64,000 bases of DNA, from positions 434,001 through 498,000 of the forward strand of contig NC_043000.1 of NCBI RefSeq assembly GCF_006345805.1. Direction: 5' to 3'. Both the position numbers and the translations under genes were made by a program. The stretch comes from Octopus sinensis (lineage: Eukaryota). This document shows, piece after piece, positions 62,821 through 64,000 of this stretch (positions are counted from its first letter, which is position 1; every line of letters starts with the position of its first letter). Below the pieces are notes generated by a model. The model made no database searches. It worked only from the letters and a program-made list of their open reading frames with translations, and had not been told where the DNA came from.

Positions 62821-63139
62821 TATATATATTTAATATATAGCGAAGGATATTTCAGTATAATCCTCATATACAAAATAAAATATTACAGAGATATACACAA
62901 TCTTTAAGATACCATGTTCGCGTTTGTTGCGTGTGTGTGTATGTGTGAGTTAGCGTGTGAGTGAGTGTGTGTGCGCACGCAAATGCACACACACATATAT
63001 AGTTATATATATGTGAATGTATATAATACACACATACATGCTAAAAAAAGTTCTCGATCTAAATTTGGCAAATTGCATAAAAAGAAAACAAAACACAATA
63101 TCCCACCCCAAAAAAACAGTATCTTTTAAAAAATTAAAA

Positions 63140-64000
63140 TTACCAGCTAGATTATAGTTGAGAAATAACAGATTCCGCGACGACTTCAAGATGGATCCAA
63201 AATTTGGCGCATGTGTTCCTTACTGTGTAACGGAGATCTTCGAACACTTGCTTGATCTTGGCCGCAGGTTCGGCCTTGAGGTTACAGGCGGTTCTTTTCA
63301 TTTGAGAAAAACTAGATAATCCATAACTCAACAGGATGGCTCAGTTTGTTCAGGAGCTTCTTTATCTTTGTCAACCGGTTGTATTTGGTCTTGGCTATTA
63401 GAATTTAAGGCGGTGAGCTGGCAGAATTATTAGCACGCCGGGCGAAATGCTTAGCGGTATTTCGTCTGCCGTTACGTTCTGAGTTCAAATTCCGCCGAGG
63501 TCAACTTTGCCTTTCATCCTTTCGGAGTCGATAAATTAAGTACCAGTTACGCACTGGGTCGATATAATCGACTTAATCCGTTTGTCTGTCCTTGTTTGTC
63601 CTCTCTGTGTTTAGCCCCTTGTGGATAGTAAAGAAATAGGTATTTCGTCTGCCATTACGTTCTGAGTTCAAATTCCGCCGAGGTCAACATTTCTTTCGTC
63701 CATTCGGGGTCGATAAATTAAGTACCAGGTACGCACTGGGGTCGATGTAATAGACTTAATCCCTTTGTCTGTCCTTGTTTGTTCCCTCTGTTTGGACCCT
63801 TGTTGGCAATAAAGAAATGAGAATTGTACGGTTGTAGCGAAGGTCTTTATTCAGGACCAGTTTTATGGCGGCGACTTGAACACCCATTTCTGTTGCCAAA
63901 GCATGGGATCTTGTTAGGATCTTCCATAACTTTGTCTTGCAGTTGTTAGATAAACCCTGGCATGCGGACGCAGTAAGGACGCCCGTTGTGTCCCTTCCAT
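63140..64000 (-). mobile_element. Decayed, internally deleted maT/DD37D-like Tc1/mariner transposon, interrupted by SINE C
   Basis: LATEMGVQVAAIKLVLNKDLRY | RTILIAKTKYNRLTKIKKLLNKLSHP...FFSNEKN ... KIKQVFEDL..TVRNTCAKF..HLEVV. The frame rejoins across the SINE. Confidence 0.7.
63406..63819 (+). mobile_element. SINE C, head plus two units, 6-bp TSD
   Basis: agaatt at 63400-63405 and 63820-63825. Confidence 0.9.

Overview
Eukaryotic, AT-rich, extremely microsatellite-dense window with one 100-N gap at 47530-47629. The repeat families look like those of an octopod cephalopod genome; this is an inference from recalled octopus SINE families, not a database result. No intact protein-coding gene is present. 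Nearly all ORF-track entries are artefacts of microsatellites or SINEs. The window is a mosaic of mobile DNA: at least three abundant tRNA-derived SINE families (called A, B and C here), a 5'-truncated CR1-group LINE, an RTE fragment, R4/Dong-type fragments in (TAA)n, decayed mariner, Tigger/pogo and maT-like DNA transposons, and several non-autonomous Helitrons. The most notable signals follow. (1) Several families of short elements embedded in (TA)n carry minimal type I hammerhead ribozyme motifs. One is a ~357-nt tandem/inverted unit at 43.5-44.4 kb with a U3-A8 core variant, and its inversion junction falls 2-4 nt from the predicted cleavage site (retrozyme / Penelope pseudo-LTR-like). (2) SINE B and the CR1-group LINE share a 3' end with a compensatorily changed stem-loop. 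(3) SINE C carries 1-5 tandem copies of a 184-bp internal unit. (4) A candidate host terminal exon encodes a WH2-like actin-binding motif at 48512-48631.
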